DNA of 64,000 bases from a virus (IMGVR_UViG_3300035497_000275:1-64000); one strand, 5' to 3'. Counted from the first letter of the stretch, positions 37,291-46,898 are shown. Notes: generated from the sequence alone by a model not told the origin. Translations and numbers: made by a program.

Positions 37291-38108
37291 CCTACCTTGT
37301 CCGCCTCCCTGTTGACTGCTTCGATCAAATCATTCATACAGTCAAAGAATTTTTGTGAACACGTTGATCTGCCTGTCTTATAAAACCGTACCTCAGACAC
37401 TTTTCCATCATGGATCGAAACAGTTCCTAACTTTTCTCCGATCCAGCCTTGTGTCCGAATGGGACAAGCGATCCCGTATTTCTTCATCAGGTAAAGGACA
37501 ACTGTTGTTTCCGTGTGGTCATAGCGGGAACGGTAAAAGTCAACGTGACTGTTTCGCAATTCTCCACCGCTGCGGATGATCTGAAGGGAAGTTTCCACGA
37601 TCTCCTGTGCCGCCGTGTTCTTTTCATCCACATACTGTCTGTCGGCTTCCTCCTGCTGCTTCCGCCGTTCTTCCCGTTCTCCCAAAAGCTGTTCCGCATA
37701 GCGTTTCCGGGATTCCCACATTGGATTTTCCAGTTCTGGCGCAAGTGTTTTGATCATTTCAATCTCGATATATCGGAAATACTCATCGTTCAGAAGTTTC
37801 CGCTGGATCGTCTGCAAAAACTGTTCCGCCGTGTCCATCTGATACATACTGATCTTTTCCATGACAATCACGGTATCTTCGCTGGTGTCCACCTGTGCAA
37901 CCCACATTCCAGCGGATTTTCCGGGATAGCAAATGTACAAGTCGCACACGTCATAACTGGCTCCACGCCGTTTTTCCGTTTCACCACGATACAGGTTTCC
38001 ACCGATCTGCTGCATCCACCGTGCATGATAGACCGCTTTTGTCTGATCTACATTGTAAGTGATAACACGTTTCCGTTCCCACTCTGTTTCCAAATCCGAT
38101 AATTTCAC
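37287..38108 (-). CDS. hypothetical protein
   Basis: 273 aa ORF; no recognisable motif. Confidence 0.45.
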   Translation of the reverse strand: MKLSDLETEWERKRVITYNVDQTKAVYHARWMQQIGGNLYRGETEKRRGASYDVCDLYICYPGKSAGMWVAQVDTSEDTVIVMEKISMYQMDTAEQFLQTIQRKLLNDEYFRYIEIEMIKTLAPELENPMWESRKRYAEQLLGEREERRKQQEEADRQYVDEKNTAAQEIVETSLQIIRSGGELRNSHVDFYRSRYDHTETTVVLYLMKKYGIACPIRTQGWIGEKLGTVSIHDGKVSEVRFYKTGRSTCSQKFFDCMNDLIEAVNREADKVG

Positions 38109-38144
38109 TCGCTCTCCATCCTCTCTAACACTGGTCAGGTGTTG

Positions 38145-38666
38145 TTATTTTTTGACTGCATTGCAAGGCACCCACTGTTTGCCGTTCCATTTCAATTTGC
38201 TGACACGTTCCACTTCGTTATAAACCTGTTCCGCCGTCAAATCGGGGCGCAAGGCAAGCAAGGCCAAACGGAACGCCTTGATCCGCTCTGTATCGTGGTT
38301 CGGATCATCGTTAATTTTCCGCTGCTGTTCGACTGCATATGAGAAGATATGTTTTGTCGCTTGCTTGTAATGCTGAATTTTCCGCTCCATTTCATCCTGA
38401 TCATCATACAGACGGTTCATCCGCTTCATGGCTTCCTCCACCACGATATGGGACAATTCATATTCCGTGGTAAAGGTTTCCGTGTCCAGTTCCGACAGGA
38501 TATCCATATGGGCGTGATACTTGCCGATACTGTGTTCCACATTGATAAAAGCCGTTATCCGTTCCTTCCCGGTTACAGTGTCCAGCTTTTGCATATTGTC
38601 GTTCATCGTCATGACGGCTTCGCCAATTTCCTCCGTCAACTTCTGCACCAGATTTTCCATGTTCAT
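38145..38666 (-). CDS. hypothetical protein
   Basis: 173 aa. Start context GGAGGTTGGAAAAATG. Confidence 0.4.
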   Translation of the reverse strand: MNMENLVQKLTEEIGEAVMTMNDNMQKLDTVTGKERITAFINVEHSIGKYHAHMDILSELDTETFTTEYELSHIVVEEAMKRMNRLYDDQDEMERKIQHYKQATKHIFSYAVEQQRKINDDPNHDTERIKAFRLALLALRPDLTAEQVYNEVERVSKLKWNGKQWVPCNAVKK

Positions 38667-38681
38667 TTTTCCAACCTCCGT

Positions 38682-39038
38682 TTAATTCAAATATCCGTGA
38701 ATGAAGTAGCTGCTGACCATACAGGCAATGTGACGATATTTCCGCAACAGCCGTTCTGACTGAATGGTTCTTCCTCTGCTGTCAACTGCCTTGTGAATTT
38801 CCATCTTGTTTCCAGACAAGTACAGATACACGGTAAACAGTTCACCGTTCAGACTGGAAACAGTAAACTCACCAACTTCACCCATGAAGTCAATTTTCCA
38901 ATCATTCATAAACCTATCCTTGACGTGCCAACTCTTCCGCCGTGGCAAGGGATTTTCCATAGGGCTGATCTGGAGTCCTTGCCAATCAATGGCCTCCTGC
39001 AACTCCTGCTTCGTGGTCACGTTGGTACAACTGTACAT
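38682..39038 (-). CDS. hypothetical protein
   Basis: 118 aa. Start context GGGAGGTGGAAAAATG. Confidence 0.4.
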   Translation of the reverse strand: MYSCTNVTTKQELQEAIDWQGLQISPMENPLPRRKSWHVKDRFMNDWKIDFMGEVGEFTVSSLNGELFTVYLYLSGNKMEIHKAVDSRGRTIQSERLLRKYRHIACMVSSYFIHGYLN

Positions 39039-39050
39039 TTTTCCACCTCC

Positions 39051-39290
39051 CTAAATGATCCCGTTTTCTTTAAATTCTCTGACCAAACCATATTTCCGTG
39101 CCAACTGTTCAAAATAGGCTTGCTGTTCCGCAATTTCCCCATAAGAATAATCATGCTCTGAAAATTCCGCTTGCCATTCAATGGCTTCCTGTCTGGCTGC
39201 GTCTTTCCGCTTTTCGTAGTTTGTCATTTTTCCAGCCCTCCTAAAGCGTGATAACCACTCTGTAACCGGGTTTAATCTCCATCTGTGCAA
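39051..39290 (-). CDS. hypothetical protein
   Basis: 79 aa. Start context AGGAGGGCTGGAAAAATG. Confidence 0.35.
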   Translation of the reverse strand: MHRWRLNPVTEWLSRFRRAGKMTNYEKRKDAARQEAIEWQAEFSEHDYSYGEIAEQQAYFEQLARKYGLVREFKENGII

Positions 39291-39501
39291 CGAAGTTTAC
39301 AAGGGAATGTAGATAGTCACGCACCATCTGACGTGCCTTTTCCGTGTCCTTGATATAAACTGATTTATCCCACACGGGAGGCTTCTCAATGTTCGAGCCG
39401 GGAGCGAAGTATTGAACGTTCAAATAGATATGTTCATGATCATACCATTCTTCCGCCAACACTTTATAACAACCGATCCAGCCGTCTTTGAACACTAACA
39501 T
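39241..39501 (-). CDS. hypothetical protein
   Basis: 86 aa. Start context AGGAGGCTGGAAAAATG. Confidence 0.35.
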   Translation of the reverse strand: MLVFKDGWIGCYKVLAEEWYDHEHIYLNVQYFAPGSNIEKPPVWDKSVYIKDTEKARQMVRDYLHSLVNFVAQMEIKPGYRVVITL

Positions 39502-39513
39502 TTTTCCAGCCTC

Positions 39514-40164
39514 CTACATTTCAAAGGTAACAATTCTTCCGCTGTCAAGCTGATAATAGTTTTCTTCGTTCAGTAAGTCCTCACCAAACTTTTCAAAGTC
39601 GAAGTATTTTTCCACGACATTGTTCGTATCAGTCCCGACATAACCCAATTCATACGCCTCTTCTCTGCCTAATTCCTCCGTATCCTCAAACACACAGCCG
39701 ATAATGCTTCTGTCCTGATAGTCCAGCGGATAGGCGTTAAAGGCTTCTTCCACTTCATCCTCCGTCAAGTCGTGTTCGTCCATGACGATTTCTTTTTCCT
39801 CTGCTACGATGTTCTGGAAAAATTCTTTTGCATCCTCGCTGCACAGTCTGTCATAGACTGGCTGAATTTTCCGACACAGTTCAACGCCTTCCTGATAACG
39901 GCTATCGCCTCTTTCAATGCCGTATCCCAATTTTCCAATATCCTGATCAAATTTCCGCAAGGCGTTATATTCCGCCTCTGTCAAGATCGTTTCAATTTCT
40001 CCATAGGCGTTCCATGTATGCCCACAATAGCAAGCACCATGTAAATTTACGCCTCCGAAGTAGTGACCACATTCAAACCGCAAAGGATTTTCTTCAATGT
40101 ATGCAAGACTGTCCCGATCTTCGCTATCCTTGATCCTGTACAAAAATACCTTACTCATAATCAA
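39514..40164 (-). CDS. hypothetical acidic protein
   Basis: 216 aa ORF. Confidence 0.4.
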   Translation of the reverse strand: MIMSKVFLYRIKDSEDRDSLAYIEENPLRFECGHYFGGVNLHGACYCGHTWNAYGEIETILTEAEYNALRKFDQDIGKLGYGIERGDSRYQEGVELCRKIQPVYDRLCSEDAKEFFQNIVAEEKEIVMDEHDLTEDEVEEAFNAYPLDYQDRSIIGCVFEDTEELGREEAYELGYVGTDTNNVVEKYFDFEKFGEDLLNEENYYQLDSGRIVTFEM

Positions 40165-40631
40165 TTTTCCCTTCTGCGTCTTTGACGCTTTTCTATGATC
40201 TCTTGCGCTCTGACGGGTTTATTTTTCCGCTTGTCTGTTTGTCCCGCCTTGATCCGTGTGGGTTTTCCAGCCTCTAAAAGCTGCTTATCCATACCGTGTT
40301 CATAGGCTTTATCCCGCATTGTTTGAGAATACGATTTTTCCGTTGTCCGTGAATTGCTGCATAGGCCAAAGGTTTCCTTGTATTCCGCTATGGTCATTCC
40401 GTGGGATTCTCTGATATGGCTTCCCAATCTGGTATAGGATTTTCCGCAAATGTGGCAAATGACTTTCCCGGTTTCGTCCCTCTGGATCGTGCCGTATTCC
40501 GGTAAACTGTGGATTTTTCCGCCGTCTCTGAAATACTTGTAACAACCCTGACACAATCCTGTATAGCTTTTTGGGGAGGGTTTTCCGCAATGGCTGCAAA
40601 TGATCATTTTTCCATCACTCCAGAAAATCAT
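40161..40631 (-). CDS. Ros/MucR-like zinc-finger protein
   Basis: 156 aa. ICHICGKSYTRLGSHIRESHGMTIAEYKETFGL matches the Ros/MucR C2H2 pattern C..CG....L..H....H.....EY....GL, with an extra N-terminal CxxC...CxxC ribbon. Confidence 0.5.
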   Translation of the reverse strand: MIFWSDGKMIICSHCGKPSPKSYTGLCQGCYKYFRDGGKIHSLPEYGTIQRDETGKVICHICGKSYTRLGSHIRESHGMTIAEYKETFGLCSNSRTTEKSYSQTMRDKAYEHGMDKQLLEAGKPTRIKAGQTDKRKNKPVRAQEIIEKRQRRRREN

Positions 40632-40851
40632 TCTTTTCCAGTCTGACTATCATGGTTTTTACAATAGCGTTGATCTCTTTCAGTGTTCCATACCAAAGTT
40701 CGTTCCCGTTCATGCACAATCTGTAAAGCCGGGTTTCCTCGCTGTCTGGTAAATCCTCCACATAGATATAACTTGCAACCATTCCACGGTTATTCAACAT
40801 ATTCCACCGCTGACAATCTTTGTTGACGGTTTCAAAAAGGTTTACTTTCAT
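40615..40851 (-). CDS. hypothetical protein
   Basis: 78 aa. Start context AGGAGGTAACGGAAAAATG. Confidence 0.3.
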   Translation of the reverse strand: MKVNLFETVNKDCQRWNMLNNRGMVASYIYVEDLPDSEETRLYRLCMNGNELWYGTLKEINAIVKTMIVRLEKNDFLE

Positions 40852-40993
40852 TTTTCCGTTACCTCCTGTTATGCGCTCTCTTGCTGGTAGTAGTCCGACA
40901 ACTTCACATAAACTTTTCCGCCATAGTAGAAGGCTTTTTCATGTTCGCTATCGCTTGCAAGTTCAATACACGGTACACCAAAAATATAATAGA

Positions 40994-41311
40994 TCATGGT
41001 TTTATCCTCCTATGTTTCCGCTGCTTCCGTCTGTTGATTTTCCGCCGATAGTTTCCGGGATCGTTCCCTCCCGTGTATTCCCACACATAGAAGGAAACAG
41101 CCGCAATTCCCACATAAATGAACGTTGACGGGAAAATCTCGCTCCAATCTGCTCCACAGTCTGACGCTCCAGCTTTTCCAAGTATCATGATGAAACTGAA
41201 GGCCAACACAAAACCGCTGATCCGTCTTATCCATGTTTTCATCTGTAAACCGCTCCTTTTTCCGTCAACCGGGATATGCTGCAATGACAAGATCGTTTTT
41301 CTGATCGTCAA
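40994..41311 (-). CDS. hypothetical membrane protein
   Basis: 105 aa, hydrophobic segments. Confidence 0.3.
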   Translation of the reverse strand: MTIRKTILSLQHIPVDGKRSGLQMKTWIRRISGFVLAFSFIMILGKAGASDCGADWSEIFPSTFIYVGIAAVSFYVWEYTGGNDPGNYRRKINRRKQRKHRRIKP

Positions 41312-41501
41312 AGTAGAAATGATTTTTCTTCGTTTTACTTTCCCTGATCCCTTTTATGTGTTTGGGATAATCCGCCGTGTTCCAGTTTTTCCGCAAATAC
41401 TGTTCTATGTAGTTGATCAAGGCTTGTTTTGGCTCTGTTGTGTATTCCGCAACTTTGCTAATTTTTCCGTTCCCGTCACACTGATAAATCAAACTAACCA
41501 T
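41265..41501 (-). CDS. hypothetical protein
   Basis: 78 aa. Start context GGGAGGAACGGGAAAATG. Confidence 0.3.
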   Translation of the reverse strand: MVSLIYQCDGNGKISKVAEYTTEPKQALINYIEQYLRKNWNTADYPKHIKGIRESKTKKNHFYFDDQKNDLVIAAYPG

Positions 41502-41519
41502 TTTCCCGTTCCTCCCTGT

Positions 41520-41840
41520 TCAGTTGTTCCAGCCGTCAAAATAACCGCTGTACCGTGTCTGTATGATCTGATCGTCATAAATGATCTCTGTACCGCTTTT
41601 ATACATGGTCAAGCTGCAAATATCGCCTTCTATCCAATCTTCCACGCCGTAGAACGTCCACAAGTTTCCGTTAAAGTCCTGTACCGTTACAACGTCTGTT
41701 TCCGTGTCCACGTCAACAACAACCGTTGTTAATGGGTAAATCTCTTCCAGTTTTGCCGCCGTTCCGCTGCTGAATGTAAACAGGTTTACAACGGCGATAA
41801 ATGTAAGGATAAAGTTTTTCATGTTCTGTTCCTCCGTCAA
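41520..41840 (-). CDS. small secreted protein (signal peptide)
   Basis: 106 aa. N-terminal MKNFILTFIAVVNLFTFSSGTAA. Confidence 0.4.
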   Translation of the reverse strand: MTEEQNMKNFILTFIAVVNLFTFSSGTAAKLEEIYPLTTVVVDVDTETDVVTVQDFNGNLWTFYGVEDWIEGDICSLTMYKSGTEIIYDDQIIQTRYSGYFDGWNN

Positions 41841-42061
41841 ATAAAGTTTTCTTGTACGCCCAACTGTAACCGCCCTATTTTGTTGATCGTTCCATTCTGT
41901 TCATACAAGATCAATTCTGTTCTGGTCAAATATCCGTCTGTGAATTTTCCAAAATCCGCAACCGCTTTATTATGAAAGTCAATGTAATTGTGAATTTTCG
42001 CTTTATCCGCTGGAAGAAAATCATGTTTTTCCATGTATTCATCAATGGTTTTATAATTCAT
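41837..42061 (-). CDS. hypothetical protein
   Basis: 74 aa ORF. Confidence 0.3.
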   Translation of the reverse strand: MNYKTIDEYMEKHDFLPADKAKIHNYIDFHNKAVADFGKFTDGYLTRTELILYEQNGTINKIGRLQLGVQENFI

Positions 42062-42076
42062 TTTCTGTTCCTCCAG

Positions 42077-42319
42077 TTATCGCAAGATACTAATTAGACT
42101 GTTCTGGAATTTAACAAGGGTTTTCTGTGTGGGATCGTTCCAATCTCCTAAATCCCGCCTCCATTGTTGTAAAACCGGGAAAACCGCCGTCACAACTTCG
42201 TTTACCGTCATTTTTCCATTGTCGATATCTGTTAAATAACTGTGATAATCGCCGTTAGGATCGTTTCTTTGCATATAGTCAAATAGCTTTACAAGGGTTT
42301 TCCGCTGCTGCTGATCCAT
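42077..42319 (-). CDS. hypothetical protein
   Basis: 80 aa ORF. Confidence 0.3.
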   Translation of the reverse strand: MDQQQRKTLVKLFDYMQRNDPNGDYHSYLTDIDNGKMTVNEVVTAVFPVLQQWRRDLGDWNDPTQKTLVKFQNSLISILR

Positions 42320-42331
42320 GTTTTCAGCCTC

Positions 42332-42553
42332 CTAAACTTCGTCATACTGGAATTTAAACCGCCGTTCATATCCTGTATAGGCTTCATGTGCAATGACTTC
42401 TGTTATTTTTCCGTTCCTGTATGGTAGACTGTTCAAGGCTTTTAAAACGGTTTTACAATCCTGTTCCAGTCTTTCCCGGTTAGAAACTCCCGTTGTTAGT
42501 TCTCTGTAATTGTCATTAGGATCAAAGAAAACATAATCTTTATAATAGTTCAT
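42332..42553 (-). CDS. hypothetical protein
   Basis: 73 aa ORF. Confidence 0.3.
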   Translation of the reverse strand: MNYYKDYVFFDPNDNYRELTTGVSNRERLEQDCKTVLKALNSLPYRNGKITEVIAHEAYTGYERRFKFQYDEV

Positions 42554-42568
42554 AGGTTTTCTAACCTC

Positions 42569-42832
42569 CTAACAGACTTCTCTAATAATTGCGTTCATAC
42601 AAGGATCAATTTCACAGATTTTCCATGTATCCGGGATAATTCCATTGTGTGCATTTAAATAGTTTTGCGCTGCTTCCACCGTTTCAAAGGTCAAGGCATA
42701 ACTACACGGGAGCCTTCCGCCGTATACAGGGCGAAGCGGAGCAATATAATCTTTAGCCATAAATTTCCCCATATAGGAACGTTCAAGAATATAACCCGCC
42801 TTCGCTCCATTGCTTGTTAAAACGTAACTCAT
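42569..42832 (-). CDS. hypothetical protein
   Basis: 87 aa ORF. Confidence 0.3.
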   Translation of the reverse strand: MSYVLTSNGAKAGYILERSYMGKFMAKDYIAPLRPVYGGRLPCSYALTFETVEAAQNYLNAHNGIIPDTWKICEIDPCMNAIIREVC

Positions 42833-42973
42833 TTTTCTAACCTCCGTATTTTGTCAAGTTCGTTTTCCGTTGTTTTGGTACTCACTCAAACGGTAAATAA
42901 TCCGGGTTTATATTTACCGCTTGATCAATACCAAATTTCAACCGCCGTTTTCCTCCCTGTATGGTTTTTATGG

Positions 42974-43363
42974 TTATTTGCCGCCGTTTTCTTTTATGGC
43001 CTGTTCCCGCCATTTCTCCACGGTGGATATAATAGGCTTCATCACGTCTTTATAGTTGTATCCGTATTTCTCCAGATACTTTTTTAACTGTTCAGAAGTC
43101 ACGGCGTATTTATCGCCGTATTCATTCTTTACAACTTCGGCGGCAAATTCCAGATATGCAAGCCATACAAGAGAGTGAATTTTCCGTGACGTGTCCAGCA
43201 TGGAAACAGTAAAGCGGCTTTTCCCGGCTCCTACGTTGGTACTTCTCCATACAATATCAATTTGATCTTCGATACAGTCCCGGAAATAATCAATGTTTAA
43301 CGTTCCTTTTTCCGTCTGAAAATAGCCGTCAAGGGCGTTAAAAGTGAATTGTGTTTTAGTCAT
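42974..43363 (-). CDS. hypothetical protein
   Basis: 129 aa. Start context AGGAGTGACGGAAAAATG. Confidence 0.4.
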   Translation of the reverse strand: MTKTQFTFNALDGYFQTEKGTLNIDYFRDCIEDQIDIVWRSTNVGAGKSRFTVSMLDTSRKIHSLVWLAYLEFAAEVVKNEYGDKYAVTSEQLKKYLEKYGYNYKDVMKPIISTVEKWREQAIKENGGK

Positions 43364-43575
43364 TTTTCCGTCACTCCTAAATTATATTTGTGTGTGATTT
43401 TCCGCCGTGTAGCTTCCACCGCTAAAATGATCCGGGTTTTCCGTGCATAGTCGCTTGCATATGCGTTTGCTTCCTCCAGTGTTCCAAATACCTTGTTATC
43501 TGTTTTGTAGTGTTCCGGGTTTTCCATGCTGCTATTCCTCCGTTCCGTTTTCCAGTTCTTCCCGTGTAAATGCAA
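43360..43575 (-). CDS. hypothetical protein
   Basis: 71 aa ORF. Confidence 0.3.
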   Translation of the reverse strand: MHLHGKNWKTERRNSSMENPEHYKTDNKVFGTLEEANAYASDYARKTRIILAVEATRRKITHKYNLGVTEK

Positions 43576-43822
43576 GGTTTTCTAAAGCGTTTAACGCTTC
43601 CTTTAGTGTTTCATATACGGAAACATGAAACAGAAAACCGCCGTCATAGTCTGAAGATATTGATACACGAAAAGCGGGTTGACGTTTTGGGGCCTCGCAA
43701 TACGGGAAAATATTCACCTCTTCAATTTTCGCCGTATTTCTGAATTTACTATGATATACACGCATTTTTCCGCCTCCTTTACAGGTATTCCACTTCAGTA
43801 AATGCGGGATCGTTCTGGACAC
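43532..43822 (-). CDS. hypothetical protein (probable start at 43765, MRVYHSKF)
   Basis: Internal ATG preceded by AGGAGGCGGAAAA. Confidence 0.35.
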   Translation of the reverse strand: MSRTIPHLLKWNTCKGGGKMRVYHSKFRNTAKIEEVNIFPYCEAPKRQPAFRVSISSDYDGGFLFHVSVYETLKEALNALENLAFTREELENGTEE

Positions 43823-43979
43823 GGTTTAGAAGCTCCCTATAATCCGCCGTCTTGATCTCTATTCCTTCCGGGATCATGTGCGCTTCCCGTGTGGTATAGG
43901 TTTTCTTTTCCGTGTCGATTTTCAAGGTTTTGCGGCTCCCGTTGGTTTTGTTCCGTGCCGTTTTAAACTGGAATAACAT
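43779..43979 (-). CDS. hypothetical protein
   Basis: 66 aa ORF. Confidence 0.3.
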   Translation of the reverse strand: MLFQFKTARNKTNGSRKTLKIDTEKKTYTTREAHMIPEGIEIKTADYRELLNRVQNDPAFTEVEYL

Positions 43980-43993
43980 TTTTAAACCCTCCT

Positions 43994-44344
43994 TTATTTC
44001 TCCGTTGCTTCCCGGATAAACTGATCAATCAGTTTTCCCATTTCAAGCGCAAGTGTTTCATAATCGAAAACCCGCTTGTTATAAAGGGCTTCCTTCAGTT
44101 CTCCCGCTGCTTTTTCATAACGGCGAGTCACTTCATAGGAAGTTTTGACGTTTCCGAAGGGAGCGTAACCCGTGGCAATGGCAATATCTCCGAAGGCGTA
44201 AATATCGGCTCCCCAACCTTCCCGCCGTGCCGTGTATGCAATGGGATTTTCAAAAGATAACAGGGATTGCAAATTGCAATAGGGAACGGAAATGATCTTG
44301 CTAAAACGGCTCTTAATGGCCTTCTGTGTGGTTTTGTATTTCAT
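43994..44344 (-). CDS. hypothetical protein
   Basis: 116 aa ORF. Confidence 0.4.
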   Translation of the reverse strand: MKYKTTQKAIKSRFSKIISVPYCNLQSLLSFENPIAYTARREGWGADIYAFGDIAIATGYAPFGNVKTSYEVTRRYEKAAGELKEALYNKRVFDYETLALEMGKLIDQFIREATEK

Positions 44345-44378
44345 GGTTTAAACCTCCTATAATTGTTTGTATGGTTAT

Positions 44379-44711
44379 TTAAATATAATCAACTTCGCCG
44401 GATCGGATCATGGAAAGAATACCGTTTAATTCATTACAAATATACCGCTTGATCCTGTTTAATTCGCCGTCAAGTTCAGACTTTTTAAAGCCCTTGTAAT
44501 TATAGGCCATATTCCTATATTGCTTCAATTCAATATCAGGATCGAAAAGCCAACTATTGACATTATCGGCGGCAAACTGGAAAACCTTTTCAATTTCCAT
44601 ATACTTTGCAAAGTGTTGATCTTTTCGGTTTACGCTCCACGTTATAGCCTTGACTTTATCGGCGGCTTCATTCAATGCCTTCAGATTATAACAGGCTCTT
44701 TCAAATACCAT
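44379..44711 (-). CDS. hypothetical protein
   Basis: 110 aa ORF. Confidence 0.4.
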   Translation of the reverse strand: MVFERACYNLKALNEAADKVKAITWSVNRKDQHFAKYMEIEKVFQFAADNVNSWLFDPDIELKQYRNMAYNYKGFKKSELDGELNRIKRYICNELNGILSMIRSGEVDYI

Positions 44712-44726
44712 TTTAATAACCTCCCT

Positions 44727-44957
44727 TTAAAACTGAAAACCCTTTTTGTAAAGTCTATTGATAGCTTCATCATAGCTATTATAAACTCGCTTGCTTCCAT
44801 TCTCAAATTTTACGGCGGCTGCTCCATTTTCCAGTTCTTCAACCGTGACTTCTTCGCCGTTAATGTTATACAATGTTTCAACCATTTTAAAAGCCTCCAT
44901 ATAATTGATTTTGTGGTTATTTGTTTTTTGGAATAGGGCTTTTTTGTGGAAAACCAT
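44727..44957 (-). CDS. hypothetical protein
   Basis: 76 aa ORF. Confidence 0.35.
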   Translation of the reverse strand: MVFHKKALFQKTNNHKINYMEAFKMVETLYNINGEEVTVEELENGAAAVKFENGSKRVYNSYDEAINRLYKKGFQF

Positions 44958-44990
44958 TTAGAAAACCCGCCTTTATTGACTTTATTGTTA

Positions 44991-45185
44991 TTAGTTGTTA
45001 AAATTAAGAATACCAGTATTTAAAAACCGCTGAAAAGTATTGATACAATCATTAAAATAGAAATTTGTACTAATCATATAATAGTTCATGATTGCGTTTA
45101 TAATTCCTACGCAAGCCGGGAAATTATACTTGTTTTGTTTTTTGGCTTCGCTATACATTGCGTTTATTGTATCGTAGTAACCCAT
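44991..45185 (-). CDS. hypothetical protein (first gene of the leftward block)
   Basis: 64 aa. GGGAGG RBS preceded by a degenerate copy of the ATAACC motif. Confidence 0.3.
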   Translation of the reverse strand: MGYYDTINAMYSEAKKQNKYNFPACVGIINAIMNYYMISTNFYFNDCINTFQRFLNTGILNFNN

Positions 45186-45317
45186 TTTATAAACCTCCCA
45201 TTTATTGCATATACGGTTATTTAGTAACTATTTAACGGATCAGCGGGTTTTTGTTTGGCTTATTTGATCCCGCTGCTTTATTTCCCCTTCCTCTTTACAA
45301 GTATATGTTACCACATT

Positions 45318-45334
45318 ATAACCATAAATGCAAG
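45318..45334 (+). promoter_or_regulatory. conserved 17-bp motif ATAACCATAAATGCAAG (copy 3, rightward)
   Basis: Exact match, in the divergent control region. Confidence 0.4.
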
Positions 45335-45479
45335 AACTTTTTTCGATTTTAGGCGTTTAAAATTGCACAAAAAAGTATAATATATTTTGTGTATATTGCA
45401 TATGTGGTTATACGCTGCTATGTGGTTTTGATTATTAGATTATGCTGTATTTGGTACTATGTTTTGCTGATTTGATTAT

Positions 45480-45770
45480 TAGGTTTTTCAGCGGATCGGA
45501 AAAGCACGGCGAAAACGATTGTATCACGGCGGGAAAAGTAACGGCGGGACAACTGGACAAAACCCGGAAAAGCAGCCGGGACAAATCCCGCCTTGATCCC
45601 GTGGGAATGTGGGAGCCGTTCCCGGTTGAAATTTGGCCTATGACGGCGGATCAAGTTTTGTTCGGTTTTTGGGATTTGGCGAACAAAACCCGTTGAAAAC
45701 CCGTGCATTTCATACGGCGGATCGGTGGAAAGACGGCGGGAGGGTTTACACTTCGGATCGGTTTTGATTT
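45480..45770. repeat. iteron-like repeats in the divergent intergenic region (putative origin or control region)
   Basis: AAAACCCG(G/T) three times (about 45556, 45683, 45694), CGGGACAA twice, and (A/G)CGGATC(A/G)G five to six times, each carrying a GATC. No credible ORF. Confidence 0.4.
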
Positions 45771-46030
45771 TCGCCCAGCGGTAGAGTACATCTACTCAAC
45801 ATCCAACCCCAAAAATCCAGCCCACATCAGTCCAGTCGAAAATCCCCTATTTTTCATCGGTTTTTGCATCGGGAAATTCCCTGAAATCCAGACTACATCA
45901 AACATCCAGCGTCTACCCTCTTGCTGCCGTCCTGTACTTTTTGCCTATGCAAAACCTATTGAATCTGCGGATGTTTGGAATTCTGATCACGATGAGGGCA
46001 AAAATAATAACAATAAATTCAAGAAAGTTG

Positions 46031-46059
46031 TTGACATTTGATATGAAAAGGCTTATAAT
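46031..46059 (+). promoter_or_regulatory. consensus sigma-A promoter TTGACA-17-TATAAT
   Basis: TTGACA 46031..46036, 17-nt spacer, TATAAT 46054..46059; 87 nt upstream of the recombinase gene. Confidence 0.65.
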
Positions 46060-46145
46060 GATAATTGAAGATAGGCACTGACAATCAAAGATTTTCAAGC
46101 TAATCTGGGATATGAACTGGACAATAAAAATCGGAGGTCTTTACG

Positions 46146-46898
46146 ATGACGAATAAAATTGTTGAAAATTCCGAAAATGTGAAAATCGAATTTGCTCCTT
46201 GGTTCGAGGCCATGATCGACCAAAAGGCGCAAACAGCAGCTAAAGTCGCCGCTCCTATTATGGATGAAAGCTATTGTGAGCGTGAACATATCAGTCATGA
46301 ATCTGTTGAGCCGATTCGGTCACTGGATGATGTGGAGCGGATCAAGAATTACTTTTTAACCCGTAAGGGGCATGGAAACAACAGTATTCGCAATTACGCC
46401 TATTTTGTCCTTTCGCTGAATATTGCACGGAGGGCGGGGGATATTTTAAATCTCCATGTATATGACGTGCTGAATAAGGACGGTACTTTTAAAACCCACG
46501 TCACTTTCGAGCATGAGCAAAAAACCGGGAAAAAATCTGACGTGCTTTTAAATAGTAAGGCAGTTGAAGCGTTGACTATGTATTTTAACACATTGGGCGA
46601 ATATAAAATGTCTGACTGGCTTTTCCCCAAACTGAATGATCCTGCTGAACATATCAGTGTGGATGGAATGAGGCGGATGCTTCAACGGGCAGTTAAAGAT
46701 TTGGGGTTGGACATTCATATTGGGACACATTCTCTGCGTAAGACTATGCCTTATCATGTTATCAGTAACAGCACAAATACTGAGGACGAAGTTATTATTT
46801 CACAATTCCTCAAGCACAATGATGTAAAAACCACTTATCACTATATAGGGCGCAGCCAGAGCGAAATGGACGCATTTGTGGAGGCGCATGGTATTTAA
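46146..46898 (+). CDS. tyrosine-type site-specific recombinase/integrase (short, catalytic domain only)
   Basis: 250 aa. ARRAGDI (Arg), GTHSLRKT (HxxR), TTYHYIG (Tyr) in the order of the tyrosine recombinase catalytic residues. Confidence 0.75.
   Translation: MTNKIVENSENVKIEFAPWFEAMIDQKAQTAAKVAAPIMDESYCEREHISHESVEPIRSLDDVERIKNYFLTRKGHGNNSIRNYAYFVLSLNIARRAGDILNLHVYDVLNKDGTFKTHVTFEHEQKTGKKSDVLLNSKAVEALTMYFNTLGEYKMSDWLFPKLNDPAEHISVDGMRRMLQRAVKDLGLDIHIGTHSLRKTMPYHVISNSTNTEDEVIISQFLKHNDVKTTYHYIGRSQSEMDAFVEAHGI

Noticed and set aside
45442-46041. ORFs 45442..45696 (+), 45457..45708 (-) and 45703..46041 (+)
   Set aside because: They lie in the repeat-rich divergent control region, overlap each other on opposite strands, and lack RBSs. 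Interpreted as non-coding.
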